Assembly (NCBI RefSeq): GCF_009914755.1
Contig: NC_060925.1
Origin: the human T2T-CHM13v2.0 reference genome, Homo sapiens
Direction: 5' to 3' (one strand)
DNA length: 64,000 bases
Every line of letters begins with the position of its first letter. Positions within the stretch are counted from its first letter, which is position 1. Both the position numbers and the translations under genes were made by a program. Under the pieces are notes generated by a model. The model saw only the letters and a program-made list of their open reading frames with translations, was not told the origin of the DNA and did no database searches. Positions 14,404 to 27,117 of this stretch are shown one piece after another.

Positions 14404-15794
14404 ACATAATACATATTAATACTTAATGTGTATGTACCTAACAACATAATGTCAAAATAGATGAGGCAAAAACATATAGGACAACAAAAGAGAAATACAT
14501 AAATCTGCAATTAAAGTTGGATATTCAGCACCCCTCTGTTAGTAACTGATACATCCAGAGGCAGGAAAACAGTAAGAATATAACTGAACAGCACCATCAA
14601 CCAACTGGATCTATTTCACATCTGTGGACTACTCCATTCAACAACATTAGAATACACACTCATCAAAGTACACCACATTCTGGTCTATAAAACAGACTTT
14701 CACAAATTATACCTGCCTCACAGTCTTCTTAGAAGGGTTACACTGGTTAAACCAAAACTTTATTGTCACTAAGAAATTGTAAAGAATCTCTAAACTCATT
14801 ATAAGCTCCCAGGCTTCATGGAGACACCATCACAGAGTAATTCATTACATCCTGGATTTTTTTTAATTGATCGCACCTACTGAAACCCCTTGTCTATAAT
14901 ATCCATCACCGCTCCAACTTGTTAATGAGTAACTTCCATCTCTGCAGAAAGAAAAAGATGCTCAATCTTTGGTCAGAGCCTCCAAGGAGTATGATTGAAT
15001 CTTTGACAGCCATATTTTCCTCTAAAGAATTTATGTTTCTGTGCAGATGAAGATGGAAATGGAAATGTAAAAAGGAGATGCTGAGAGGGGCTGAGCCTTG
15101 TGCAAAAGTAGAGAGTGGGTTTAGGCAGGAGCACGGTCATTTCATACGCTGTCACAGGAAACAAGGCTGAGTATATGGTACAGAATGAGGGAGGCTGATA
15201 CAGTTCATGGAAGAAAAGTTTGAAATCTGATTGTTTTATTAACAGGTTTGTTTATTTTTCCCAGAGGAGTCTAAGAGATGTGGAAGTGGGGTAAGGTTTG
15301 GGGAAAGCAGGAGGAGGCATGGATCACTACTTTTCAGAGAAAGTCTGCAGAGAACAAGAACATACTGTGACGTGGCAAAAGGGCCATGAGATTTGTATTC
15401 ATAAATCTGAGATGTATTGTCATAAATTTGAGGTGAGATGCATCATCATATATTGGACTTTCCTCAAGTCACGTTTCATTGCTGTGTATGGATCTTACAG
15501 GGACGGTAACAGGCTGAGAATGAGTTTTACCTGGGTTTGAGTTTTGCACTGAGTTAAATGCAAGCAGCACCACATTGCAGCAGGGAAAAACATAGAAGTT
15601 ACCAAAGACTAACAAGAGCAATAAAAAATCTGTATGTGATCATAACTGGTCCACTCTTCTTATTTAAAGCACTAGAATGGCTTTGTCCAGTTTCGTACTT
15701 CATCGTATTTGCATCCAGTATTTATTGAGTCTCATCTCATCATCTCCTAGGACAAAGGGTGCCAAGATAATTCAAGAATCCAGCATTACTTTAG

Positions 15795-16338
15795 TTCCGG
15801 TTCCATCCATGTTGTTGCAAATGAAAGGAATTCACTCTTATTTTTTTTTATGGTTGAATAGTGTTCTATGTATCTAGTAAATTTTCATTATCCATTATAT
15901 TACATGAAATAAGCCAGGCACAGAAAGACAAACTTTGAGCATTCTTGCTCATATGTGGGAGCTAAAATTAAAAAATAATAAATATAGTAGAATGACTGTT
16001 ACCAGAGGCTCGGCAGAGTAGAGTAGAGTGGGGAATAAACTGGAGATGATTAATGGGCTCAAAAATACAGTTAGGATGAATAAGACTTAGAATGTAGTAG
16101 CACAACAGGATGACTATAGTTAACAATAATTTATTGTATATTTCAAAATAACTAAAAGTGGAATTGGAACATTTCTAACAGAAAAAATTAATAAATGCTT
16201 GAGGTAATAGGTACCCCAAATACCCTTATTTGCTCATTACACATTGAATGCCTGTATTGAAACATCACATGTACCTCATGAATATATGCAACCATTAGAT
16301 AATCATAATAATTCTAAAAAATTAAAGGAAAAAAACAA
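15795..16338 (+). mobile_element. L1MA-type 3' end with a 5' inversion
   Basis: 15795-15895 is the reverse complement of the L1 segment that normally lies directly before the forward part starting at about 15893 (tatattacatgaaataagccaggcacagaaagac); A-rich tail. Confidence 0.7.
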
Positions 16339-16819
16339 AGAACATGGATATTAATTTTATAGCATTATTTCTAATTTCTGACATAAAATATAGCAGTTAG
16401 TGCCTTCAAAGATAAAAAAAGAACAATATAACCCCAAATAAAGTGTTCTTTTCTAGTTAACCAATGTATGGATTAAAGAGGTTAAGAGATGCTACAGTTG
16501 ATTGAGCCCTTCCTCTGCAACAGACACTATGTAAACATTTGGCATACATCATTCTATTTAATTATTAGAATGTCCCTCAAATTAGTCCAGTTGTAAAGAT
16601 TAGTAACAGGCTGAAATCTTAAGTAATTTTCCCAACTCAGCTTCCTAATTAGTGGCATAGCTGTCAGACTAGAGTATTCTCTCTGACTCTAAATGCTCAT
16701 TTTATCACATTGTCTCTAAGAGTCAGCTTTCACTTTAGTAGAATAGCTAAATGGATATATATTGTCATGTATCAATTATCTACCCCCACCTAACAAGTAG
16801 AAGGAAGTGTTTTATCCTA

Positions 16820-17358
16820 GTATAATTTAATTTAGTCACAATCATCAATCATTCCCCCTGGAAACTCACTAAAGAGTGGACAGGAAACTATCCTTGGGAC
16901 TAGTTCTGCTATTACTGAGTCGAGTACTTGTAAGTGGTTCCTGCACTTTTTTAATCCGGAATTCTCTAACTTACATGATGACAGAATTTCCATAAACATA
17001 ATTTAACATCTTCTATAGCTCTGAAATCATGTACTGGAATATTAAATACACCCCTCTTTAGTCTGATTCTGGGTAGCAGCTGAATGCAGCAAAGTTGATT
17101 GGGTTGGTTGATTTGCTTTAAGTTCAGAATTTGAGTTCATCCCCAAATCAGCAAAGTCAAGTGAAGTGACCAAGGTTTTGGCCCCCGTGGACTTGGACAC
17201 TGGAGATCAATTAGAGGAGAAAGAGGAATATCTAAGGGTTGGTGACTTAAGGTTCTGTGTGTAAAATATAGCCATTCATCCTTCTGTCTTCCAATGGTGG
17301 AACCTGAGAGACTTCAGTGTAAAATGCCTTATTCTGTTCTCACTGAAACAAGGTAAGA
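16820..17358 (+). promoter_or_regulatory. Candidate proximal promoter and non-coding exon of OR2L13
   Basis: O/E-like TCCTTGGGA (16891-16899) and TCCCCCTGGA (about 16853), TAAT cores, and donor CAAG|GTAAGA (GT at 17353); unique sequence. Confidence 0.35.
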
Positions 17359-17685
17359 GGAAAGGAAGAGACTTTATCTAAACACTGCATATGCAAACAG
17401 GATAATATTTCACAAGAGCTGGTGAAGTTGTTTTCTGATTTCACCATAAAGACAATGACTAGCTGTGGGAGCTGTAAGGAATGAATATTATAAAGTGTTA
17501 CCTGGTGTTTCTTCCTCATGAATTTTGGCAGATAAAGAAGAGATTCTCACTTCAGAAAGAGTTTTGGTTTAATGCAGAGCCTATTGATCAGTGATATAAT
17601 GTTATTGATAGCCTGATATACTATCAGAACATAGTTTGATGCTTACATGTTTTAAATAATTATATGGAATGTTTGCAGATTATGA

Positions 17686-18027
<342 letters not shown>

Positions 18028-18216
18028 ATAAAACTGCTTTTTATACCACTATATAAACTGAAGAACTTCGGGCAAAGTGAGTCATAGTAATATAACTGAA
18101 TTGAGTTGATTTGGGTCGGCTTTATCCTAGAAAGCTTTTTTGGAAATGTTTTCCTATCATCAGGAAACTCTCTGCTGCACAGGGAATAGACAGTTCCATA
18201 ACAAATTGAAAAAGAA

Positions 18217-18579
<363 letters not shown>

Positions 18580-18949
18580 CTATGTGCAGCTCTCAAACAA
18601 TGTGACATTAATAAAAACATTTTCTCAGGGCGTGAGGGCTCTCCATGGTTAACACAGGGAATGGGCAAAGGACAGTGACAATTACTAAGGACCTACTATG
18701 TGCTGAACACACAGAACTGTGAATTCTCTTTATAGTTGTCCTATACGTTGTTGAGATTGAGGGAGCTGAGTCTATGACTATTTGCTATTGGTCTCCTGCT
18801 GATTGTTTAAAAGAGTTTTAAGAAGCATTCACTAATTGTAATTTTGCAAAATAAATTCAGGACCCTACACTTGCTACACTTACATTGTTAGTTTCTGTGA
18901 AATGAGGTGTTTTTTAACTCTATAAATTTCAGCAACGTATCTTTTAGAA

Positions 18950-19403
18950 TGAGAAAGAAAATAAACTTTTTATCTGAGGAATAAGTAGCCCCCTTTAAAT
19001 TATCAGGCCCAGCAAGATTGAAATGTGGCCGCAGTCACATCTCACTCTTTCTTGAGCTAGGTAATCATCTCTTGAATCTACGTGCTATGGGGGCTCTGGA
19101 CTGACTTGTGGCAACTAACCATGAATTAACCTATCAATCCCCTAAACCACATATCCTATAGTTAAATAATGCATAACCAATCACTGATCAATGTTGTTTC
19201 TGAAACCAGTGAGACTTGCTGATAAATAACTTTAGAATTTGTCTCCACTCCTGATTCCTCCCTTTCTTTACCTTAAAAACTTGGGTCTCTTCTTGTTCTC
19301 CAGGTTACTTGCCACAGAAGTGTTTCTGGGCTGCAGCCCTCAACCTTGGCCCAAATAAACTTTCTGTATTAATTTTGCCTTAGTGTCGTTCTTTAAGTCA
19401 ACA
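18950..19403 (+). mobile_element. Old ERV1 (MER4-group-like) LTR
   Basis: TG...CA boundaries; internal aaataaact signal; ends ctttaagtcaaca. Confidence 0.5.
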
Positions 19404-20663
19404 AGGATGGCCAAGGCAGTCACTAATCTCACACTCACCTGATAGCCACAGGAACAACATTTTCCCAGCTATAAGGTAACCGACAGAATGATGCTTCATG
19501 TAATTCTGGTGCATGAAATAAGGTCCCATGTCTAACAAGGAAAGCTGCTGGACATCAATGGAAATAGATCCTAAACTCAAACTCCAATATCCCATGACCT
19601 AAAATCTCCAAGTCCCAGATTCACAGGATCCTAAAAGTAACTATTCTCTTCCATTGCCTAACAACATGCCACTTTTCCATTTTTGGAAACAAAATCATTA
19701 TTGTAGTAACTGCCATAAAACAATCTTTATAATACTCTGAGCTATAGTCTATGCAACAAAGAATCAAAATGTCTCTCTTCAAAACAACTCCAGGATGGAA
19801 CACATAAACCTACACCCAAGTCAGCTTGTTCAGGGCTCGGTATTGGATACACCTCATGGGATCATGCTGGCAGCTTTCTTCCCCTGGATTTAAACCTGGA
19901 TTAAACAAAGGAATTCAGAAAGCACTACAAAAGGCTTTTCCAATTTCCAGGACATGTTGGGCATCCCCTAAGGCCTGGGCACATCAGGACAGTTGGTCGC
20001 CCACTTGGGGATGGGACAGCACCTGATGAATCATTCTATCCCCACTGCCTCACTCAGTGACTACTGCATCAAAGGCTGTCAACATGTTAATCTGATAAAA
20101 TTAATCAAATATTTGCTTGGAACTAAATTACTAGGATAGTTCTTACTGATAGAATGAAGCCACATGAGTTACAAAATCAATCTTTATCATACATACCCTG
20201 GAAATTAGAAAAGTCGTTTGGAGTACTTTTTGAATTCCTTTGTTTAATCCAATGATCTCTCTGCTTTTTTATTTTTCTATAGAATCGTAATCACTACATA
20301 ACATCACTGTATGTTTGAGTTTGTTGGTCTATTGTTTGTATAATTATCTCAATTTTAATTACATATTCTAAAATCCTTTGTGTTTCATCACCAAAGCACA
20401 TCAGTAGCTAGCAGCACTGTCATAAAACATAAATTCAGTGAACACTATTTGAGGAAATGAATGTATCATAATGATGGTTTTCATGTTTTTTTCTGATCAG
20501 TTTTTATTTCTAAAGCACTATAAGAAGCAGAGAGTGCCTGTGATCCCATTTGGCATCCAAGTCCAATGCTACTGTGCACCTGTCATGTTCCCAACTTTTC
20601 ATTGTTAGTGTTTATTCCTTAGACAGCTATAGAAATGAATTTCCATTTTTTTTCCTGTGGCAG

Positions 20664-20898
20664 GCTCTCTTTCACAATTGTATTCATGCTACCCAAGGTT
20701 ATATGAACTAACAGTTGAGTTTAAGTTCCTAAATGTGAATAATTGCAACAAACTATGATTTGCTTTTGAACAGCAAAAGTTGAAAAATCAGTAACCCAAG
20801 ATGACTAACCAAATCAATATGCTGGGCAGGATGAGACATCAGTGTCTGCCTCAGACAGAAGAGCACACACAAAACATGACCTCTCACTCCAAGCCCAG
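20664..20898 (+). other. Candidate internal non-coding 5'UTR exon of OR2L13
   Basis: Acceptor TTTCCATTTTTTTTCCTGTGGCAG (ends 20663) and donor CAG|GTAAAG (GT at 20899). Confidence 0.4.
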
Positions 20899-21498
20899 GT
20901 AAAGGAAGAAGTCACACAGATGTTAGAAATATAGTTTACGAATACCTGGGAAACTGCATGAAGAAAAAAACAAACTGCCAGATTTGGGGTGGTGTAAAGA
21001 GAAAAAGAGAGATTCTAAAAGTCATAAATAAAAATTCCCAAGGAAAAGCCTAGGCATAAAAAGCTAGACAAACTTTCCAGGGAGGGAAAATTATTTATTT
21101 TTGTTTGCTTGATTTCTTTATTCTCAATTATTAACATTTAATTGTGTTGTTCTATCTAATTAAATTGGAAGACATGCTTAAGCCATAAATTACAATTGTT
21201 CTACTGCTCACACTGGCTTTTCCAGTTGAATAGATTTGTAGCTGCTTGACTCTGCTGTCATCTACAGTAATGAAAATCAAACTATAAGAACAGAAAGTGA
21301 ATATCCTCTCTAATCTCCATATGCTTCAGATATAGAAATTGATTAAAAAAAACCTGCAGTGTTAGTGGAGAAACAACTCATTCTAAACAAACATTGATAA
21401 AGTCAGTTCCTTTTTGTTTTTCTATTGTGTTTTATTTCATGTTTTGTGCTTTGCTTTTGTTTCTATTTCTCTTTCAACAGTTACAGCAGAAAGTTTTC

Positions 21499-22437
21499 AT
21501 GGAGAAATGGAATCACACTTCAAATGATTTCATTTTGTTGGGTCTGCTTCCCCCAAATCAAACTGGAATATTTCTCTTGTGCCTTATCATCCTCATATTC
21601 TTTCTGGCCTCGGTGGGTAACTCGGCCATGATTCACCTCATCCACGTGGATCCTCGTCTCCACACACCGATGTACTTTCTTCTCAGCCAGCTCTCCCTTA
21701 TGGACCTGATGTACATCTCCACCACCGTCCCCAAGATGGCGTACAACTTCCTGTCCGGCCAGAAAGGCATCTCCTTCCTGGGATGTGGTGTGCAAAGCTT
21801 CTTCTTCCTGACCATGGCGTGTTCTGAAGGCTTACTCCTGACCTCCATGGCCTACGACCGTTATTTGGCCATCTGCCACTCTCTCTATTATCCTATCCGC
21901 ATGAGTAAAATGATGTGTGTGAAGATGATTGGAGGCTCTTGGACACTGGGGTCCATCAACTCCTTGGCACACACAGTCTTTGCCCTTCATATTCCCTACT
22001 GCAGGTCTAGGGCTATTGACCATTTCTTCTGCGATGTCCCAGCCATGTTGCTTCTTGCCTGTACAGATACTTGGGTCTATGAATATATGGTTTTTGTAAG
22101 TACAAGCCTCTTTCTCCTTTTCCCTTTCATTGGCATCACTTCTTCCTGTGGCCGAGTCCTATTTGCTGTCTATCATATGCACTCAAAGGAGGGGAGAAAA
22201 AAGGCCTTCACCACCATTTCAACACATTTAACTGTAGTGATCTTTTACTATGCACCTTTTGTCTACACCTATCTTCGGCCCAGGAATCTCCGCTCACCAG
22301 CTGAAGACAAGATCCTGGCAGTCTTCTACACCATCCTTACCCCCATGCTCAATCCCATTATCTACAGCCTGAGGAATAAGGAAGTCCTGGGGGCTATGAG
22401 GAGAGTGTTTGGGATATTCTCTTTCCTGAAAGAATAA
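21499..22437 (+). CDS. OR2L13: Olfactory receptor 2L13 (312 aa)
   Basis: MEKWNHTSNDFILLG...LHTPMY...MAYDRY...PMLNPIIYSLRN; the true start is the ATG at 21499, after a strong acceptor (pyrimidine tract + CAG at 21480); protein recognised from memory. Confidence 0.92.
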   Translation: MEKWNHTSNDFILLGLLPPNQTGIFLLCLIILIFFLASVGNSAMIHLIHVDPRLHTPMYFLLSQLSLMDLMYISTTVPKMAYNFLSGQKGISFLGCGVQSFFFLTMACSEGLLLTSMAYDRYLAICHSLYYPIRMSKMMCVKMIGGSWTLGSINSLAHTVFALHIPYCRSRAIDHFFCDVPAMLLLACTDTWVYEYMVFVSTSLFLLFPFIGITSSCGRVLFAVYHMHSKEGRKKAFTTISTHLTVVIFYYAPFVYTYLRPRNLRSPAEDKILAVFYTILTPMLNPIIYSLRNKEVLGAMRRVFGIFSFLKE

Positions 22438-22498
22438 TCATGGCCATCCCCACTCCCTTTGTATTTCCTCTTTCCAAGTTGATTCCAACACGCTAGAG

Positions 22499-22903
22499 CA
22501 GGGTTGTCCAATAGAAATACAACATAATTTAAAATTTTCTAATAGGTACATTTAAGCAGTCAAATAAATTTAAATAATATATTTAATTCAAAACAATGTT
22601 ATAATTAATATTAATATTAACAATATTGATGTTAATTACATAGCATACTATTTCAATAAATTATATGCAATATATTATAGTACATGTTTGTACATATATT
22701 ACTATTAACGTGATAATGTTTATTCTTGTATATTGACATAGAATTTCTTCATGTAATAACACAAATTTGTTAATGTTGCCTTTTACTCTGTTTGCATTCT
22801 AAGTCTTCAAAGTCTTGTGTTTGTTTTATAGAGTGCAGTGCAGCTTGGACAAAACACATTTCAAGTGCCCAGTAGTCAGTGTCTATAGTGTTGGACAGCA
22901 CAT
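22499..22903. mobile_element. MER33/MER3-like hAT DNA transposon just 3' of OR2L13
   Basis: Termini cagggttgtccaatagaa ... catttcaagtgcccagtagtc...ttggacagca; contains AATAAA at 22563-22568. Confidence 0.65.
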
Positions 22904-25053
22904 TCTTAGAGCATCCCCAATCAATAGTTTCAGAAGTTATATATGCATGTGTATGTGCATGTATGGTGTATACAAACATATTTTTGTTATATACAATATT
23001 GCTGATGAACTGAAAATTAACAAGTAAAATGCACATGCTAAGGTAGTGTTTATGTGTTTCTTTATCTGTTGGCTCATTTTTAGCATATGCACATTTATTG
23101 TAATTAACATTTGAAGTCCAGTTTATCCTAACTCCTTTAATAAAACTATTCAGGGAGAGCTTATCTGACTTATGATTTTGCTGATTTCATAAAGATACTG
23201 AGATAAAATAACTTGAATATGAATATAAAAGAACCCACATTTATGTATACATAAAAATTAATAAAATCTTTATATAAATAACTTTATCAAAGTTGTACTT
23301 AAAGAAATTATTTATATAAAGGCACAGAGACAGTGACAGGGTAGAGACAGCATGCAAAATATAAAACGGAAACTGGGACCTCAGGCTTCAGCTTTGATGT
23401 GTAAAATATGTATATGACTTTGCACAGGATGAAATCCTATGTTGCTATATGGAAAGTTGTGTTTAACAAAAGTTTTACTATGGTTGTTTTACTAATTCAC
23501 TTAAGTGACTTCAAGTCTATCAATAGTTGGAGTTATAGAGGGGTTCTGATTTTTGTGGAAAAAAAATTGAGACTTGTATTAATATATCCCTTTTATTTAC
23601 TGCCCAAATTCAAGCTCCCAATATCTTTTTCTAGTTTCTTACTGCCTTAAGTGTTTTCATCTCTTGAGTCCAGTTCTTACTGAGAATATAGTGTACTCAT
23701 TGCCATTTGAGTTATTTCCCTAAACATACATTTGATCTTGTCATTCTATAATCTATGATTCCTGTTGGATTATCTAAATTTTGGAACATGAAACTTATAT
23801 CCCCATGCTTTTAAAGCATGCATTATGTCTCCCTTTACCTGTTTCTATCACTTACACTCAGTACCACAGTCACTCTAGACCTCCTGCCTTTCTCCATAGC
23901 CCTCTATTTCCTTGCCCATCTGAACCTTATCACAGACCATGTCTCACTTCTGGAAAGTTCTGATTTACATAGCTTATGACTATCAATCTGAATCCCACAT
24001 AATCAGTAAACATAACTCAAAATTGACATCCCATCTCTTCTTGTGCACAGCTGATATCTCTTTCCCCCACACTTCTACTCCTGCTTATGATCACATTTTA
24101 TTAACACTTATTCACATCTATGTCTGTCTTATTTTAAATTGAAGCTCATAGAATATTTTAAAAATTATAATAATTAGGATTATAAGGCTAACAAATATTT
24201 ACTAATTGTAAATGCTTTTCCCACATACATAACTTAACCTGCACTACAACACTATGATTCCGATATTTATTCCATGTTGAGTGAGCACTTTGAGGCTTGG
24301 TGAGGCAAAACAAACAAACAAGAAAAATGTCTTAGGTCAGAGAGCTGGGAAGGGAAGAACACAACTTAGAAGCCAGTTTTCTTTGAATCAGGCTTTGATT
24401 CATGTCACCCAGTCTCTGAACAAGACCCTCATCATTTTGGCCTGGAGGTCCCCACAGAATGGAGTGCTATGGCATGCAATGATGGGGACATTTTTTTGTG
24501 GTAATTTATTTATGTTTATTGGTATGCAATGCAAGTTTAAGGAACTAGTGTTCATGCCACATTACAGATCCAGGGGAAAATATAAGCAGATAGTAGTTAA
24601 CAGATCATTACTTAGAATTTCCTTTTACTTCTTCAAATGGGTTGTCGCTCATTCCGGGAGGCAGATTCCTCAGTCTGCGATGTATCTCACTCATTTTTTC
24701 CACTAGTATCAGGGTTTTCTCCTTGAATTAAAAAAAATGTATAATTTTTTCTGCTCTGAGTATGACCACTAAAATTAATTTTTGTGGTTTGGTTTTGATT
24801 TTTTTTGGAGATTCTACCGTTACTTTGATGTTAAACAATCACCAATGCAGTAAATCCTTATTTAGTATAAAGTATAATATGTCCTAGTATATTCTGCAGA
24901 AATTAAACACATTGATCAATCTTTGTACAAAAACAACAAACCACAGTTGTGAAAGGAAAACAGCAAGCTAAAAAAAATAGCCTCCAGATTTTCTGCAAGA
25001 CAAGGCATTTGGAAAAATTTCTCCAAGCAAAAGTAATTGGAAGGCTGCTGAAG

Positions 25054-25437
25054 TTCATTCACCTTAATTAACAAGAACCATATCATATAGGAAGGGTTCA
25101 ATGCATACCTTATTAATTAATTTAAGGTATGTATTAATTAATTAAAACTAATTTAATTTTAATTAATTTAAATAATAAATAAAATAATTATTAATAATTT
25201 AATTAAATAATAAATAAAATAATTATTAATAATTTAATTAAATAATAAATAAAATAATTATTAATTAATTTAATTAAATAATAAATAAATTAATTATTAA
25301 TTAATTTAATTAAATAATAAATAAATTAATTATTAATTAATTTAATTAAATAATAAATAAATTAATTATTAATTAATTTAAGGGATGTATCAAACCCTTC
25401 CTATGTGATATGGTTCTTGTTACATCAGGTAAAATGA
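25054..25437. repeat. Palindromic element: inverted arms flanking an almost pure A/T minisatellite with units of about 35-37 bp
   Basis: TAACAAGAACCATATCATATAGGAAGGGTT (from 25069) versus AACCCTTCCTATGTGATATGGTTCTTGTTA (to 25422), one mismatch; core of repeated TTAATTAATTTAATTAAATAATAAATAAA. Confidence 0.9.
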
Positions 25438-27117
25438 TGGACAGGCAGGTATAGTCTTTTACCCTGTGGAGCCCCCATGCTGGTGTGAGCCATAAAAACA
25501 TTAGTACACACTATCTGGTCAGGCTGGGCAGTGATGAATTCAGGCAGAAAAGTAGCAAATGATTTATCACATGGAGTCATCAGGCCCCTCTGACATGATG
25601 AAGGGGCTGGCCATGTAAACCTGAAGGATAAAACCCACAAAGCCCTCCAATGACTGAGACAGGAGCGCAGCAGAAGGCAGTGAGCAGAGAGGAGTAGGAG
25701 AATAGATCAGAGCCTTCTCAGGGCCAGGTGAAGGCAAATAATCTGGACTTTATTCTAAATGTAGCAGAAGCCTTGCAGGGAAATATTTTCTCAAATACTA
25801 ACATCCAGAGCTGCTTGGCGAGTCGGTTGGTGTGAACTCTGGGAAAATATCTGAACACGTGGCAAAATGGGCCATATAACAGCCAATACTTCCAAAGAGA
25901 AACTCTGAGCTTTTAAAGGAGTCATTTGTTTTATTTCAAGGTTTAGTTTGATTCTTGGAGAGATATTAAACCTTAGGTGGCTCTAAAGACCCATTATTAT
26001 TTACATCTCTCATTGTTCTCTTGGCATATTTTTCTATGGCATAGGAGGATAACTAGAGTTAATATATTACATATTTCAAAATAGCTAGAAGAGAGGTTTT
26101 TGAATGTTATCATCACAAAGAAATGATGAATGTTTAAGGTGATGAATATGCTAATCATCCTGGTTTGAGCATTACATAGTGTATACAAGCATCAAAACAC
26201 CACATTGTACTCCACAAATATGTATGAATAACATTTTAAAGTGAATAAATAAAATAAGCTGTTCCTGTCATGAGGCCAAATACTACACTTTTATGTTATT
26301 GTTCTTTCTTGATTCCTCTTCCAATTCCAAGAACAGATCAGTGACATAATCACAGAGGGAAACAGGAATGGGATCTTATCTTGACACATCTTCATGAAGC
26401 GTCCAATGACATTGAGGTTTTGATTTCTTTCAACTGAAAGATCCTAGCCCAAGACAGAAAAATGAAGTTGAAAAATTATATTCTGCTACTTCTCCCAGAC
26501 CAAAACCTATCACAAGAAATCTTTTTAATTTTATTTTGAATTAACAAATAATATTGTATGTGTTCATGGAATACAATATGATGTTTTAGATATGTTGATA
26601 ATGTAAAATGATTAAATCAGGCTAATTAACAAACCCAACACTTCATATACTTATTTTCTTGCATGGTGAAAACTTTTAAAATCAACTTTAAGCAATTGTG
26701 CAATATATAACACACTATTATTTATTATAGGCTTCGTTCTGTACAATAGATCAGTAATAATTATTCCTCCTGTCTAACTAAAACTTTCTATGCTTTGATC
26801 AACATCCTTTTCCCACCCATTCTTATCCCCATACCTCTGGTAACCATCATTCTACTCTCTACTTCTATGAGTTGAACTTTTCTAGATTCCACATGTAGGT
26901 GAGATCACTTAGTATTTGTCTTTTTTGAGCCTAGCTTACTGACTTAGTGTTATGCTGTTCGGGTTGATCCATGCTGTCAAAAATGAAAATATTCCCCCAT
27001 TTTTGAGGGCTGAATAGCATCCCATTGTGAATACATACTACATTTTCTTTATCCATTAATCTGAAGATGGATACCTACGTTCCTTTATAAATTTGTTTTG
27101 TCCAAATTCCCCTTTCG

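Noticed and set aside
21394-21498. 35-aa hydrophobic N-terminal extension of the OR2L13 ORF resembling a signal peptide
   Set aside because: It starts at TTG and is the translated intronic polypyrimidine tract before the splice acceptor
24281-24706. 141-aa ORF downstream of OR2L13
   Set aside because: It has a GTG start, no recognisable domain, and begins in MIR-like sequence; likely a chance ORF
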